Below are positions 33,726 to 43,530 of a DNA stretch of 53,330 nucleotides, piece after piece. The notes beneath the pieces are model-generated. The model was not told the DNA's origin. It did not search any database and saw nothing but the letters and a program-made list of their open reading frames with translations. The stretch is from a virus (taxonomy: Duplodnaviria > Caudoviricetes). The translations under genes were made by a program, and so were the position numbers. The first letter of the stretch is position 1; every line of letters begins with the position of its first letter. The stretch is taken from IMG/VR virus record IMGVR_UViG_3300037010_000252, positions 1-53,330 of that record; one strand, 5' to 3'.

Positions 33726-34088
33726 TTACTCATGTCCGCCGTCGTCAACAACGGCTTCCCATGCGTTGTCGCGCTCTTCCCGAGAGACAGTGAAACCTAC
33801 GATCCTGGATACGGCATCTGTCTTTGGTTTTCCATCGGCAGTAAAGTCTTCTTCAGACGGGGCTTCTACCATTGCCTGCATGGCTTCTACGATGGCGCTC
33901 ATCTTGTCGAAGGCTTTACCTTCTTGGGGAATTGCGCGCTCGATACCTTCGGGCATACAGCCAAGCGCAATCGCTTCGCGGTGAAAATTTGGGTGAAGAT
34001 CGGTGCCAGTTGGCTCAACAATGGCGATATGGCCAGTTGTCAGTGCAATCTGTACCGGCTTATCTTCCGGAGGAAAGAACTTCATCAA
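33726..34088 (-). CDS. hypothetical protein (head module)
   Basis: AAGGAG SD; FTADGKP....S..VGF.VS.EE.D.AW. Confidence 0.75.
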   Translation of the reverse strand: MMKFFPPEDKPVQIALTTGHIAIVEPTGTDLHPNFHREAIALGCMPEGIERAIPQEGKAFDKMSAIVEAMQAMVEAPSEEDFTADGKPKTDAVSRIVGFTVSREERDNAWEAVVDDGGHE

Positions 34089-34104
34089 TTCTCCTTTTCA
34101 GTAA

Positions 34105-34135
34105 ATGGGCCACACCAGTTATAGGCGCGGCCCAT
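34105..34135 (-). terminator. stem-loop after the 133-aa gene, possible weak terminator
   Basis: 12-bp stem ATGGGCCGCGCC/GGTGTGGCCCAT with G-U pairs; short U tail. Confidence 0.45.
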
Positions 34136-34139
34136 GATT

Positions 34140-34541
34140 TTAGCCTTGCGCAAATTCGGCTCGGCCAACAACGTAGTATTGGACGGCAAGGCGAACCTTG
34201 CCAGTCGTCGGAGTGCCGCCGCCAGAAGTCCACGTAACCGTAAGATAAGGCTGTGCAGACGTAACCACAAAACCAGTCGGGTTGATCGGAACGCGAGAAC
34301 CAAGAGCATGAATATTGCCGTCCGTCATGTAACGGGTGGCCAAACCTGCATCGCCAACGTCCATAACGTCAGAAGTGCTAGAGTTCCATGCCTCGGTAGT
34401 TACAAGATCGCCACTGACTACAACTGCGCCAACAGGCAATTGCATCACGTTCAGGGCAACGTTGGTAACAAGGTCTGCCACGGAGATGTCCTGATACGCG
34501 GCAATCAGTTCCTGACGCCCAGAGTTTTTAATCAAAGCCAT
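34140..34541 (-). CDS. putative capsid decoration/minor capsid protein
   Basis: LP.GA.V..G......AWN......DVGD....RY pattern directly after the major capsid gene. Confidence 0.65.
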   Translation of the reverse strand: MALIKNSGRQELIAAYQDISVADLVTNVALNVMQLPVGAVVVSGDLVTTEAWNSSTSDVMDVGDAGLATRYMTDGNIHALGSRVPINPTGFVVTSAQPYLTVTWTSGGGTPTTGKVRLAVQYYVVGRAEFAQG

Positions 34542-34567
34542 GATGATTCCTTTCTATTCAGGGTAAT

Positions 34568-34591
34568 TGGCTGGTCATTGCTGACCAGCCA
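34568..34591 (-). terminator. perfect 10-bp hairpin after the capsid stop
   Basis: TGGCTGGTCA-N4-TGACCAGCCA; no strong U tract, so it may stabilise mRNA rather than terminate. Confidence 0.5.
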
Positions 34592-34596
34592 TGCGA

Positions 34597-35697
34597 TTAC
34601 TGGATGTAGTGATCCACCGCAACCACGCCGAAATCCTGAACGGAACCGTCGTAGATCGAGTAGAACTTGGGTTTCAGGAAGCCAAGCATCTTGTCGATGT
34701 TGATACCCTGCTGGCTGCCATACTGGAACGTCTTTTCATCCCATTCAGGAGCACCAAGATCAGCCATCGCCAGCGCCTGAGCGCCGCATACAAGCGTGCG
34801 GGTGCCGTTGACAGTACCGCCCGAACCCCATTTCGACCCAGAAGCAGCGCCCTTGGTCGTATAGACCAGACGATGCTCTTGAATGACAGCACCGTCGATG
34901 GTCACAGTACCGCCCGTGAAGAACGGGTTATCTGCGCTTCGCGGCATTGCCGTAACAACTGCGCGCTGATAGTCGGGGTCTTTCTTCAACTGCGCCAAGC
35001 TGTTGGGGTGCATCATGATGACGTAATACTCCTTGCCACCAGACATCAACGGCTTGACGTAGTGCTCCTTGGCATAGGCGATCATGTCAACGATTGCCTT
35101 GTACGTAAGAACATATGTGTTTGCGATGTTTGCGGTATTGCTCGGCAGCAACTGAGTACCATCCCACATCAGCGAGCGCGCCGACGTGGGCGCGGAAACG
35201 TCTGCGGCAAACGCCAGGTTTGGGAACGGAGAGCCAACTCGGGCGGCGCCGTTATTCTGCACCGAATAACCGACGCCTGACATAGTAAGGAACGCCAGTT
35301 GATCGACGCGGTTTGCCAGCCAGTAAGCGAGGCGATCACGGCCAGTTTCGCGGAACCTAATGACGGTCTTTTGTTCCGCCAGTTTGCCCTTGTTGCGAAC
35401 CGAATGGGATAGCTGGTCGATTGTGATGATTTGGCTATACGACTGCATAGCCTCTTCATTGCCTTCGCGCTCGTTATCACCGATCACGCCATCACCAACC
35501 AGGTCTGCAACCAGATGGATGATGCACTGCTCACCCTTCTCGGTACGGGTCAAGTCGGTAATGCGCTGGATCATCGAACCTTCGTCCGTGCCAGTGAATT
35601 TTTTGATGAACATTTGATCGCGTGCAGCGCGCCACACATCGCGCGACCAAACCAGTTTTTGTTGCGGCGTCAACGCCGCGAAATTTGTCAAAGACAT
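34597..35697 (-). CDS. major capsid protein (N4-gp56/DUF4043-type)
   Basis: 366 aa; TNFA.LT..QK.VWSRD.W..AR...F..KF.G, GDGV.GD...EGNEE and NP.F.G...DG..I.E motifs; AGGAG SD; follows portal and scaffold. Confidence 0.88.
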   Translation of the reverse strand: MSLTNFAALTPQQKLVWSRDVWRAARDQMFIKKFTGTDEGSMIQRITDLTRTEKGEQCIIHLVADLVGDGVIGDNEREGNEEAMQSYSQIITIDQLSHSVRNKGKLAEQKTVIRFRETGRDRLAYWLANRVDQLAFLTMSGVGYSVQNNGAARVGSPFPNLAFAADVSAPTSARSLMWDGTQLLPSNTANIANTYVLTYKAIVDMIAYAKEHYVKPLMSGGKEYYVIMMHPNSLAQLKKDPDYQRAVVTAMPRSADNPFFTGGTVTIDGAVIQEHRLVYTTKGAASGSKWGSGGTVNGTRTLVCGAQALAMADLGAPEWDEKTFQYGSQQGINIDKMLGFLKPKFYSIYDGSVQDFGVVAVDHYIQ

Positions 35698-35863
35698 ATT
35701 GCGACTCCTAAGTAAGTTGGAAAACGTCTAGGCTGTACGCCGCCACACCGCGAAACCGGCTTTCTGGTTGCCGAACCACGACAGATAACGCTCTGTCTCT
35801 TGCGAAATCGCTATGTCTTTCATGCAGGCGGGGCGCGAATCCCGCCTGGCATTCATGCTTAGA

Positions 35864-36760
35864 TCAGTCGCCTCGCATACGCCTCTTTTCAGATTCCGGC
35901 AATGCGTCAAACTGTTCTTCGGTCATGTTTTGAATGTTAACTTTTGCCGCGTCCTGTCTAGTGCCAACCCCCACCGCAGTCGTGCTAGGCTGTGTTGCGG
36001 CAATCTTAGCGCCACGTTTAATTGCAACCACAGTGCGGTCGTCAACTTGCTTGCTTTCGTCAGCGGGTTCGGGCTTGTCAAGGTTGTACATCTTGGCAAC
36101 CTTATCGGCTGCCCTAGTGATAGCCTCAGCGGGACGCATTCCCTTTGACGCAATATAGAAGTCGCGCAATTCAACCAGTTCGGCAATAGCCTCAGGGTTG
36201 GCGGATTCTCCTGTGTCGTTGAACTCCGGGTATTTCTCGATCACAGCAGCGGCTGCGGCATTGATGTTGTTACTTTCAATAGCCATAATGCTGCGCTGCT
36301 CAATTTCCTTTACCGCACTGTCACGGATAATGGCGTTAATCTGCATGCGCAATTCTCGCGCCTTGTCTCGGTCTCCATCCATCAGTGCGTCTGTATAGGC
36401 ATCCTCAAGCGTGGAAACCTCGGTAGCAACATCAGGATTGGCAACCTGTTCCTGCTTTGCACCTCCGTTACGAAGTTCCTCAAGCTCTGCTAGAAGAGCG
36501 GCCTCTCGCAATTCTGCGGCCTTTTTGGCATTGTTTACTTCGTCAAAACGTGACTTTGGAATCATCACGTTAGGCTTTGAGGATTCCTCTTCAGCCTCTT
36601 CTGGGATTGAGGCAATCTCTTCCAGCGCCTCCGGGTCAAGCGGTTCATCTTCAACCGATTCCGGGTTAAAGTCGTCGCCACGGTCGCCCGTTACAACATC
36701 GTCTTCATCAACAATGTCGTTTTCACCATCTTTGATCTGGTCTTCCGATTCAGATGTCAT
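35864..36760 (-). CDS. capsid scaffolding protein
   Basis: acidic coiled-coil with DRGDD, IPKSRFDEV and C-terminal M..EQF.ALPE.E..R.RGD; sits between portal and capsid. Confidence 0.8.
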   Translation of the reverse strand: MTSESEDQIKDGENDIVDEDDVVTGDRGDDFNPESVEDEPLDPEALEEIASIPEEAEEESSKPNVMIPKSRFDEVNNAKKAAELREAALLAELEELRNGGAKQEQVANPDVATEVSTLEDAYTDALMDGDRDKARELRMQINAIIRDSAVKEIEQRSIMAIESNNINAAAAAVIEKYPEFNDTGESANPEAIAELVELRDFYIASKGMRPAEAITRAADKVAKMYNLDKPEPADESKQVDDRTVVAIKRGAKIAATQPSTTAVGVGTRQDAAKVNIQNMTEEQFDALPESEKRRMRGD

Positions 36761-36776
36761 GTCAATCCTCTATTGG

Positions 36777-36962
36777 TCAATCATTTTCGCCGGATTCTTC
36801 GGCGGCATTCGACTGCAACTGCTTCAGTTCAGCAGATTTTTCAACAGCCAGCTTCTTGACTGCCGCCATGCGCTTCTTGTCTTTCTGGATTTCACGTGCG
36901 CTCAACAGTGTGCGCAGATCGCTTTCAACAAGAAAATCTTTGTCAGAAATTACTCTTGCCAT
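36777..36962 (-). CDS. small conserved phage protein (ESDLRTL..A.EI.KD.KRM)
   Basis: GAGGA SD before ATG 36962. Confidence 0.75.
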   Translation of the reverse strand: MARVISDKDFLVESDLRTLLSAREIQKDKKRMAAVKKLAVEKSAELKQLQSNAAEESGEND

Positions 36963-36987
36963 GTTGTTTGTCCTCAGTGTTTTGTGG

Positions 36988-39108
36988 TTACTGTGTTGCT
37001 GGTTTCCCGCCTTCGATTCCTGTGTCCATGCCAACGTCGGGATTTGCTGGCGTGAGTGGGTCTGTGTTTTTCGCTGGAGGAACTATAGGGCCACGCAGAC
37101 CTGGCGGAGCCTCTGGCACGATAGGAGGCGCATCCTGATCGACAAAACCAGCCGATTTAAGGATAGAGTCGGCCATTCCAGCGGTCTGTGGGGTTTCTGC
37201 GATGGTGCGCGCCGATTGCATTGCGCTGAACGTAGCCTCCACCAGTTTATTGACTGTGACTGCCTCAAGTTGCTTCGTTTCGGCCTTGATCTTGTCTGCC
37301 TGGGCTTGGGCAAGTGCAGTTTCTTCCGGGGATTTACTGCCAACACCTTCCATTTGCTTGATGATGTCTTGCTTGCGAGACAGATTGGAACTCATGACAA
37401 TCGCCGTATCCGGTATTGCTACACCGCTCTTGCGCATTTCGAGTGCCTGCGTGAACTGGCTGTTCTCAAATGTTACCTGCATCGGCTGCTCGGTAATCAC
37501 CAGGTCGTACTCTCCTACGCTCATGTCGTTGATATATCCGCCTTGGCCGTCCGGCTTGTTGACCTCGACGAAATTGTGTTCCTCTGCCCCGGTATCTGGA
37601 TTTGTCTCGGTGATGCGTATGATTCTCGGGGAATCATAAAAATTCTTGATAGCGTAATCAATCCATCCAGCAACGAATGACCTAGTACGAGACAGGCTGT
37701 CCAGGGGAACAGCGAGCTGCTGCTGGCTTGCAGACTGTCGGCTCTGGATTGCGACTCCAGATACTTCCGCTCCTTGGGTTCCGCGCATTGCATCCGGGAC
37801 GGTAACCTCCTTCAAGGTAAGCAATGCCCTATCCATAAGTCGATCAACCCCGCTTGGAATCTGGCTAGGGTCGATTTTCCTAGGCGGTTGTGCGCCCTTG
37901 GCGTACTCGATTACAAGGCCATTCTCTCCGCCACGCTCCTCAAGTTCCTCGCCACTCATATTTGTTAGGCTATTCTGCTCATACATCCAGCCAGAATTTG
38001 CCGCCGAGTTTAGGATATGTACGAACTGACTCAACGTCTTGTTAAGAATCTTCTGCGGGTCAATGGCGTTATCAACCATGCCACGTGTTTTGCCGCGCCG
38101 GAAATATGGGAAGAACGGAACCACGGTAAAGCGATCATATGGGCTGATTTCATCAATCAGCGTCACGTAACGTGTTGAAACAGTCCACTTTACCCGTCGT
38201 ATCATGCGCTTGGATAGCGTTCCGCCTTCGGCAATCTCGGATGCTACGGCATCTGCATTGGTGCTGGTAACTGGATGCACGTCTCCGTAAGGAGAAATGA
38301 CAACATCAGCCATTTCATAAACGAATCGCTGTCTGTCAATGATGCGATAACGGGCTGTGTCATCGTCAACGCCGCTACGGTAGAACATATAGTAGCTCTG
38401 CCCACCTGTATAGATGTTTCCAAACTTGTTGCGCTGGCCTCCGCTATCGCCAGCTTCATCAACTCCGTCCCCAAAGTCATGCTCGCCTTGGTCCCCGTGG
38501 GCCATCTTCACCTTATCGCGCATCTCCTTGCCGTACAGCGCCTCAATTTCGTCCAGGCTGTACCATCGGGTGACAATAACGTCTCCCCATTTCTGCGGGT
38601 CATAGCTCTTAGCGTCAGGATCAGGGATCACGTCTCTAGGATCAAGGTCAGTGATGCGCAATTCCCCGAGAACGTTGTCATCGTATGACATTCGGCAGTC
38701 GTAGTATCCACGCTGCTCGATCATGCCATCAGCAAAAACTCCAGTTTCTACCCAATGCAGTTTGTTGTTGTCGGCAATCTGCATCGCCAGTTTAGACCTA
38801 ATATCCGCAGTCACCTGGTTAACTGGATTGCGCGGGCGAAAGGCGATGTCCATGCGGTTATGAATCTGATAGCCGATGGCGGAATTTAGCGCGGGCATGA
38901 TCTCGTTGGCTTCAAGAACCGGCTTTCCGTCAGCGTTCAATTGTTCACGGTCTGCGTCGTCCCATTGCAGACCTCCGCCCAAATAGTTGCGCTCGCAAAG
39001 AATCGCCCGGAATATGTAATCCAGGTGTCCGCGCGCGATACCATAGCGGTATCTATCCCAATTCTGTTGGGCGGTAATGTCGCCTAGTGGTTGATTGATG
39101 TCGTTCAT
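36988..39108 (-). CDS. portal protein (P22/N4-like)
   Basis: 706 aa; Y.G...QW....R..L...GKP....N.I, DPDA..YD...W, G.V.N..DPQ...NK, SGVAI..RQ; directly after terL. Confidence 0.9.
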   Translation of the reverse strand: MNDINQPLGDITAQQNWDRYRYGIARGHLDYIFRAILCERNYLGGGLQWDDADREQLNADGKPVLEANEIMPALNSAIGYQIHNRMDIAFRPRNPVNQVTADIRSKLAMQIADNNKLHWVETGVFADGMIEQRGYYDCRMSYDDNVLGELRITDLDPRDVIPDPDAKSYDPQKWGDVIVTRWYSLDEIEALYGKEMRDKVKMAHGDQGEHDFGDGVDEAGDSGGQRNKFGNIYTGGQSYYMFYRSGVDDDTARYRIIDRQRFVYEMADVVISPYGDVHPVTSTNADAVASEIAEGGTLSKRMIRRVKWTVSTRYVTLIDEISPYDRFTVVPFFPYFRRGKTRGMVDNAIDPQKILNKTLSQFVHILNSAANSGWMYEQNSLTNMSGEELEERGGENGLVIEYAKGAQPPRKIDPSQIPSGVDRLMDRALLTLKEVTVPDAMRGTQGAEVSGVAIQSRQSASQQQLAVPLDSLSRTRSFVAGWIDYAIKNFYDSPRIIRITETNPDTGAEEHNFVEVNKPDGQGGYINDMSVGEYDLVITEQPMQVTFENSQFTQALEMRKSGVAIPDTAIVMSSNLSRKQDIIKQMEGVGSKSPEETALAQAQADKIKAETKQLEAVTVNKLVEATFSAMQSARTIAETPQTAGMADSILKSAGFVDQDAPPIVPEAPPGLRGPIVPPAKNTDPLTPANPDVGMDTGIEGGKPATQ

Positions 39109-40634
39109 GCTGCCATTGCTGATCGTTTCTGTCTGCGACGAATGCTGGCTAGTTTCTGCTGCAATGGGGACAGTTCAGAAGCGCGAACTTCAACTGGCAT
39201 AAAGAATGTCATTGCCAGCGCGTCAGCGAAGTCTGGTGATCGCACGCCAGAAGCTCTCATTTTTTCCTTTGATTCAAGCAATATACGTCTTGCAGAATCG
39301 TAGCTGTATCCTGGCGCGCATAGGTCAGCAGCAAATTCATCGCTATCCGGTATTTGTGGGTCGAGCGTGAGCCACTCACGCATTTTTCCCCACATTTCTG
39401 CCCTAACATTGGAATAGGTTTCCTTGTCAAACGCCGCTGCGCCACTATGTACGCGGATAATCAAGCGATTCGGGAACAATTCTGCCAATCTACTGTAAAC
39501 ACCTGCTCCCACCCCCACCGCGTCCACAAAAACAGCATCCGGGTTTTCCTCGTGAATCATCATCGAGGCATGTCCGACAAGTTCCATTAGGTCAAGATGC
39601 GCGAACTTCTTGGTTTTTAGGACGCGCAAACCTTGGCGTAGCACGAATGTCGACCTGTCTGAGCCGAACTCTGCGGGGTCTATTCCCATCACCTTAGCGC
39701 CACGCGCCTCGGCATTATTCTTGCGGGCTGCGGCTACAAGTGACTGACTGATATACGACTCTCCGCCAGCACGAATGAACGCCAATTCGGGGCTTGCCGG
39801 GTACTCCTGGTTGAATAGGCTTACGTCCCCCTTAAAGTCTCCGAGGATCTTGTTTCTCCTCCATGCCATCTGGAACTCGTCTAGTCCGTAGGTGGTAGCG
39901 TATTGCGCCTCTTCGGTATCAAGAACGAATCCTTCTGGTGGAGTGCGGCGATACTCAGTCTGGATGAACCAGGGAAGGAATATCGGAATGTACTCGGTAA
40001 GTCCAGCCTCAGCGTCCTGCCATGCCTGGTGGAACGGATTTCCTACTCCGTTAGCGGTAGATTCAATGAATACCTCTGTGCCCTCCATGTCCGGGACTGC
40101 CTGCCCAATACCGGCCATGTGTTTCGCCGCATTCGGCCAGAAGCCAAATTCGCTTGCATGAAATAACTGCGCAGTGTCTCCGCGCCCTGTCTCGCTCGCA
40201 CCGGCTGTCAAAACCTTGTACGAGGACATCAACCTACCGAATGCCAGCTCGTTTGCGTTGTCTTTGCTGGCAGTTGGCCTAAGATTTTCTGGACAACATG
40301 CGTGATACAGCTTTGCCATGCTGAACAGGTTTGAAGTGGCCTTGGACTCATGAGTCATGATTACAGCACGCCTACCTGTTTGCGTGCTGGTCTTATGGTA
40401 GAAGCGGCCTTCTACCAGGGTTGATATTCCCTGTTGCCTACCCTTGAGGATGATTGCGCGAACCTTTCCCGTGCTGGATAACTGTGCTTCTATCTTCTCA
40501 TGTAGAAGGTGTTGCGCGCTGTTGAGCACAAACGGAACAACACGCCCGCGCTTGTCCCGTATGCGAAGGGCATGTTGAGCGTAATACGGAAAGTCATATA
40601 GCAGGCGCCGCAGGCGGGATTCTACCTCGTTCAT
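39105..40634 (-). CDS. terL: terminase large subunit
   Basis: IILKGRQQGIST Walker A, FHASE Walker B, ESTANG coupling motif, GIDPA and SPD.ADA nuclease motifs. Confidence 0.93.
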   Translation of the reverse strand: MNEVESRLRRLLYDFPYYAQHALRIRDKRGRVVPFVLNSAQHLLHEKIEAQLSSTGKVRAIILKGRQQGISTLVEGRFYHKTSTQTGRRAVIMTHESKATSNLFSMAKLYHACCPENLRPTASKDNANELAFGRLMSSYKVLTAGASETGRGDTAQLFHASEFGFWPNAAKHMAGIGQAVPDMEGTEVFIESTANGVGNPFHQAWQDAEAGLTEYIPIFLPWFIQTEYRRTPPEGFVLDTEEAQYATTYGLDEFQMAWRRNKILGDFKGDVSLFNQEYPASPELAFIRAGGESYISQSLVAAARKNNAEARGAKVMGIDPAEFGSDRSTFVLRQGLRVLKTKKFAHLDLMELVGHASMMIHEENPDAVFVDAVGVGAGVYSRLAELFPNRLIIRVHSGAAAFDKETYSNVRAEMWGKMREWLTLDPQIPDSDEFAADLCAPGYSYDSARRILLESKEKMRASGVRSPDFADALAMTFFMPVEVRASELSPLQQKLASIRRRQKRSAMAA

Positions 40635-40651
40635 ATTTGTGTCAGAAATCT

Positions 40652-40930
40652 TTACGAATATGCAGCATAAACATTAAGGTCAGCGGAACACCCGAGCCAT
40701 TTACCGGATGGCAAGGTAACGCTGGCCTGTAACTTCCATGTCCCGGCCTTGTCAAGTGTGTCTGCCTGGGTGATGTACAGGAGTTCAGTGCCAGATGCCG
40801 TTGCAGTCCACGTAACATGCGTTCCATCTGGTTTGCGCGCATTGATCTCGGTAACAGTGGCTCCGGCCAGGCTTACCTTGGTATCCAACTTGATTAGTGT
40901 TCCAGTGTCTCCGACATAGACTTTGCTCAT
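40652..40930 (-). CDS. small beta-sandwich structural protein (BppU N-terminal-like)
   Basis: VGD.GT...KPDGT...W....Y......LD.AG.W.LQ pattern; GGAGG SD. Confidence 0.65.
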   Translation of the reverse strand: MSKVYVGDTGTLIKLDTKVSLAGATVTEINARKPDGTHVTWTATASGTELLYITQADTLDKAGTWKLQASVTLPSGKWLGCSADLNVYAAYS

Positions 40931-41100
40931 ACGTCCTCCAGATCAATGCGCGAAATCAGGATTACAACCTGTTTTAATGCGCTTTTCACGCCTACAGTTG
41001 TAGTAAGCAGCGATTCAAACAGCACCGACATGGTAACTCCTGATTCGTAGCCTTGCGACTGCGTGATGCGGCTCAACAGAATGACAATTTCCGTGCTCAT
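40927..41100 (-). CDS. 57-aa hypothetical protein (MSTEIVILLSRITQSQG...ISRIDLEDV)
   Basis: ATGA-coupled on both sides and fills the gap; not in the ORF track. Confidence 0.6.
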   Translation of the reverse strand: MSTEIVILLSRITQSQGYESGVTMSVLFESLLTTTVGVKSALKQVVILISRIDLEDV

Positions 41101-41237
41101 CGTGCTGATACAAGGCTTACGCTTTGGACAATGTGAGATTGTAGGCGCACAACTTCACGTCGGCGCCTCACGGCATTAAACAGCGACCCCCAACGGCCGC
41201 CCCAACGGCCGCCCCATCGTCCGCCCCAATGACTCAC
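41097..41237 (-). CDS. 46-aa WG-repeat protein (MSHWGGRWGGRWGGRWGSLF...)
   Basis: GTG start overlaps the upstream TGA, GGAGG SD; 12-bp tandem repeats encode WGGR; coupled downstream. Confidence 0.65.
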   Translation of the reverse strand: MSHWGGRWGGRWGGRWGSLFNAVRRRREVVRLQSHIVQSVSLVSAR

Positions 41238-41737
41238 ATGGGCCTCCATTCGTCAGTGCCCTCGATGCCGGAGCCGGTGATTGGAACTGCGTTTACCTTT
41301 CGGATGTCGGCTGCAATCGGCGTTGCCTGCGCTGCAGCTATTACGGCTGCAGCATTCTGCGCCGCCGTCGGAGGAGCTCCTCCGTCACCGATTACCAGCG
41401 TAGCAGCCGCAGAAGACTGCACCAGTACTTGCGGATTGCCTGTGTTGTTGATTCTGTCAAGAGCATCAGCCAGGTTTCCGCCGCTAACTGTTGCCTGGTA
41501 GGCTCCAGCAGCGAAATTTAGCTTCCACGATGATCGAAGCGCAACCGTAATTCCTGTTTGCACCCCGCCTCCAAGCGCGTTTTTGCCAGTCGCATCGGCA
41601 ATTTGGTCGTAAACAATCCCTCGCTCGCTTGATTCCTCGTCGCGGATCGCGTTGATTAGCGTCTGCATCATCAACGGCGCCGCGTCAGACTGCGGAATTA
41701 CGATGAAATTCGCTGAATGATCGAATGAAATAGTCAT
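41234..41737 (-). CDS. putative tail-associated structural protein
   Basis: 167 aa with C-terminal DIRKVN.V.I.GSG...D.W.P motif. Confidence 0.65.
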   Translation of the reverse strand: MTISFDHSANFIVIPQSDAAPLMMQTLINAIRDEESSERGIVYDQIADATGKNALGGGVQTGITVALRSSWKLNFAAGAYQATVSGGNLADALDRINNTGNPQVLVQSSAAATLVIGDGGAPPTAAQNAAAVIAAAQATPIAADIRKVNAVPITGSGIEGTDEWRPM

Positions 41738-41739
41738 GC

Positions 41740-43131
41740 TTACGTCACGATAGCATCAGTCGTCCTAATTGCCGATACCGACGCCCCGGCATTCGTTACG
41801 GTAGCCGAGTTCTCAAACGGCAAGATGCCCTTTTTACGAACACGGGCAACCACATCAAAATCTGAAACGTACACAAAACTCTTGCTCATGCTTGAGCCAG
41901 TTGCCAAGTCGTCTATGAGCGGATTGTATAGTGCTGCGCCACTTGCTCCAGATAGGGCCGGGGACACGCCGGTAAACTGCTTGGATCCGCGTGTTACCCC
42001 GGTGTATGTATAGCGAGTATCTCCAAGGCGCAACACTCCGGTATCCGCGATGTCGTTGCCAATTGCTTCGTTGACAGTTACCGTGGTGGCCGACGTGTGA
42101 ACCCCGTTTAGGGTGAACTGGCTCTTGTTTAGCGCCCCAGATACGGTACGCCCGACAAGTACACGATCTCCGGCAACCAGGCCAGAGACAATAACAGAAA
42201 CCGTGGTAGGCGGAATCCTGGTTGTCCCGGATGAGTCGATAAGCTGGCGGTTGTTTGAGTCGCTTACGTTGGTGAGCAGAACGCCGCGAGCGCCAAAGAA
42301 TTTGCCGCCTGCAAAGCTACCGAATGGCGATTGCTTAACTTCTGCATATGAAGGATCAACAGACCTGTAAAACTGGCCTTGTACGCCGTTCAGGGTAGTG
42401 GTAGATCCTCGCCGTGTAATGTATTTGAGATACTTGTATGCCTGGGCGCAAGTGTATACACCTCCGCAATCCACCTTAGCCCCGTAGCTTTCTGCCGTTC
42501 CGTCTCCGTTAACATCCTCTGTATATGTGCCGAAACTGACTGTGATTGTATAGGCCGACACGTCAGATCCATCGTCGTTTGTGTCTGGGCTGGTCGCAAG
42601 AGGAATCGGGTTCCGTCCACCAGTCGCGCTTGCCTGTGCAGTGAAGTGATCGTACAGGTCTGCATTTCCGGTAACACGGTTGCGAATGTAGGCGGTAATG
42701 TTTCGGTTATCAACATCGGATCCGCCCGACACCACTTTAACAAGCTGGTCGATATGCCCTTGCACATAACCAGGGTACGTAGCTACCAATGCAGCATTTT
42801 GCAGCCAGTAAACTACGCCATCTGTCTCAATAGTACCCAGAGTGTAGAAGTTGGCCCACACGTCCTTGTCTGTAGTGGCCTTTTGAACCACAATCGAGCC
42901 GCCGTATAGGTATCCCAAGTCACTGTCTGAGCCGAACGTCCATCCATTGATGAGTGTGTATTCGACCGGGGTTTGTGCCGACATTGGAACCGTGTCGTCC
43001 ATTTGTCCCGCATCGTCAAACAAGTCCATCAACCATGAATACAGAGCATTTACCGTATAGCGGGTAGTTCCGCTGACGTGGCTAATCTTCTTGTTTGTAT
43101 AGTCGAGGCTGAAATCGTCATAAATTGCCAT
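41740..43131 (-). CDS. putative tail/structural protein
   Basis: 463 aa, Thr/Gly/Val-rich; YTVN.LYSWL.D..DD...MD...P motif; AGGA SD. Confidence 0.7.
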   Translation of the reverse strand: MAIYDDFSLDYTNKKISHVSGTTRYTVNALYSWLMDLFDDAGQMDDTVPMSAQTPVEYTLINGWTFGSDSDLGYLYGGSIVVQKATTDKDVWANFYTLGTIETDGVVYWLQNAALVATYPGYVQGHIDQLVKVVSGGSDVDNRNITAYIRNRVTGNADLYDHFTAQASATGGRNPIPLATSPDTNDDGSDVSAYTITVSFGTYTEDVNGDGTAESYGAKVDCGGVYTCAQAYKYLKYITRRGSTTTLNGVQGQFYRSVDPSYAEVKQSPFGSFAGGKFFGARGVLLTNVSDSNNRQLIDSSGTTRIPPTTVSVIVSGLVAGDRVLVGRTVSGALNKSQFTLNGVHTSATTVTVNEAIGNDIADTGVLRLGDTRYTYTGVTRGSKQFTGVSPALSGASGAALYNPLIDDLATGSSMSKSFVYVSDFDVVARVRKKGILPFENSATVTNAGASVSAIRTTDAIVT

Positions 43132-43143
43132 GATCTTGTCCTA

Positions 43144-43530
43144 TTAGGCTATTAAATCTGGAACTTGTGAAATGTAAATTGTTCCGCCACTCTTTGAGAT
43201 GTTGCCGTAGGCATCCAGCGGTATGTACTTAGGTGCAGTTGTCCCTTTGCGTACAGCAACATGAACCAACATTGGATTTGAATACGCCGGAATACCTGCA
43301 ATAACTTCATATGTTGACGAAGCCACACCGCTTGCAAGCAGCAACCCGGTACTGTTTTCGGTCACACGATAAGCTGACCCAACTACGATGTTTTGCAGTG
43401 TCAGACTAGCGTAGAACAATGGATCAGTTGGAAGACGGAAGACGCCAACCCCATACCTGCCAAGGCTCTCTACTCGGCCGCTTTGTGCCGGTGAGAACGC
43501 ATTGAATGTATCCGGGATAATTGCGCTCAT
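43144..43530 (-). CDS. putative tail-fibre-associated protein
   Basis: TAATG coupling; LTL.N.V.GS.YRV...VRKG...P.Y.P pattern. Confidence 0.65.
   Translation of the reverse strand: MSAIIPDTFNAFSPAQSGRVESLGRYGVGVFRLPTDPLFYASLTLQNIVVGSAYRVTENSTGLLLASGVASSTYEVIAGIPAYSNPMLVHVAVRKGTTAPKYIPLDAYGNISKSGGTIYISQVPDLIA

Noticed and set aside
41186-41230. Suspected frameshift or phase variation in the WGGR repeat
   Set aside because: On recounting, each unit is 12 bp and the frame is intact.
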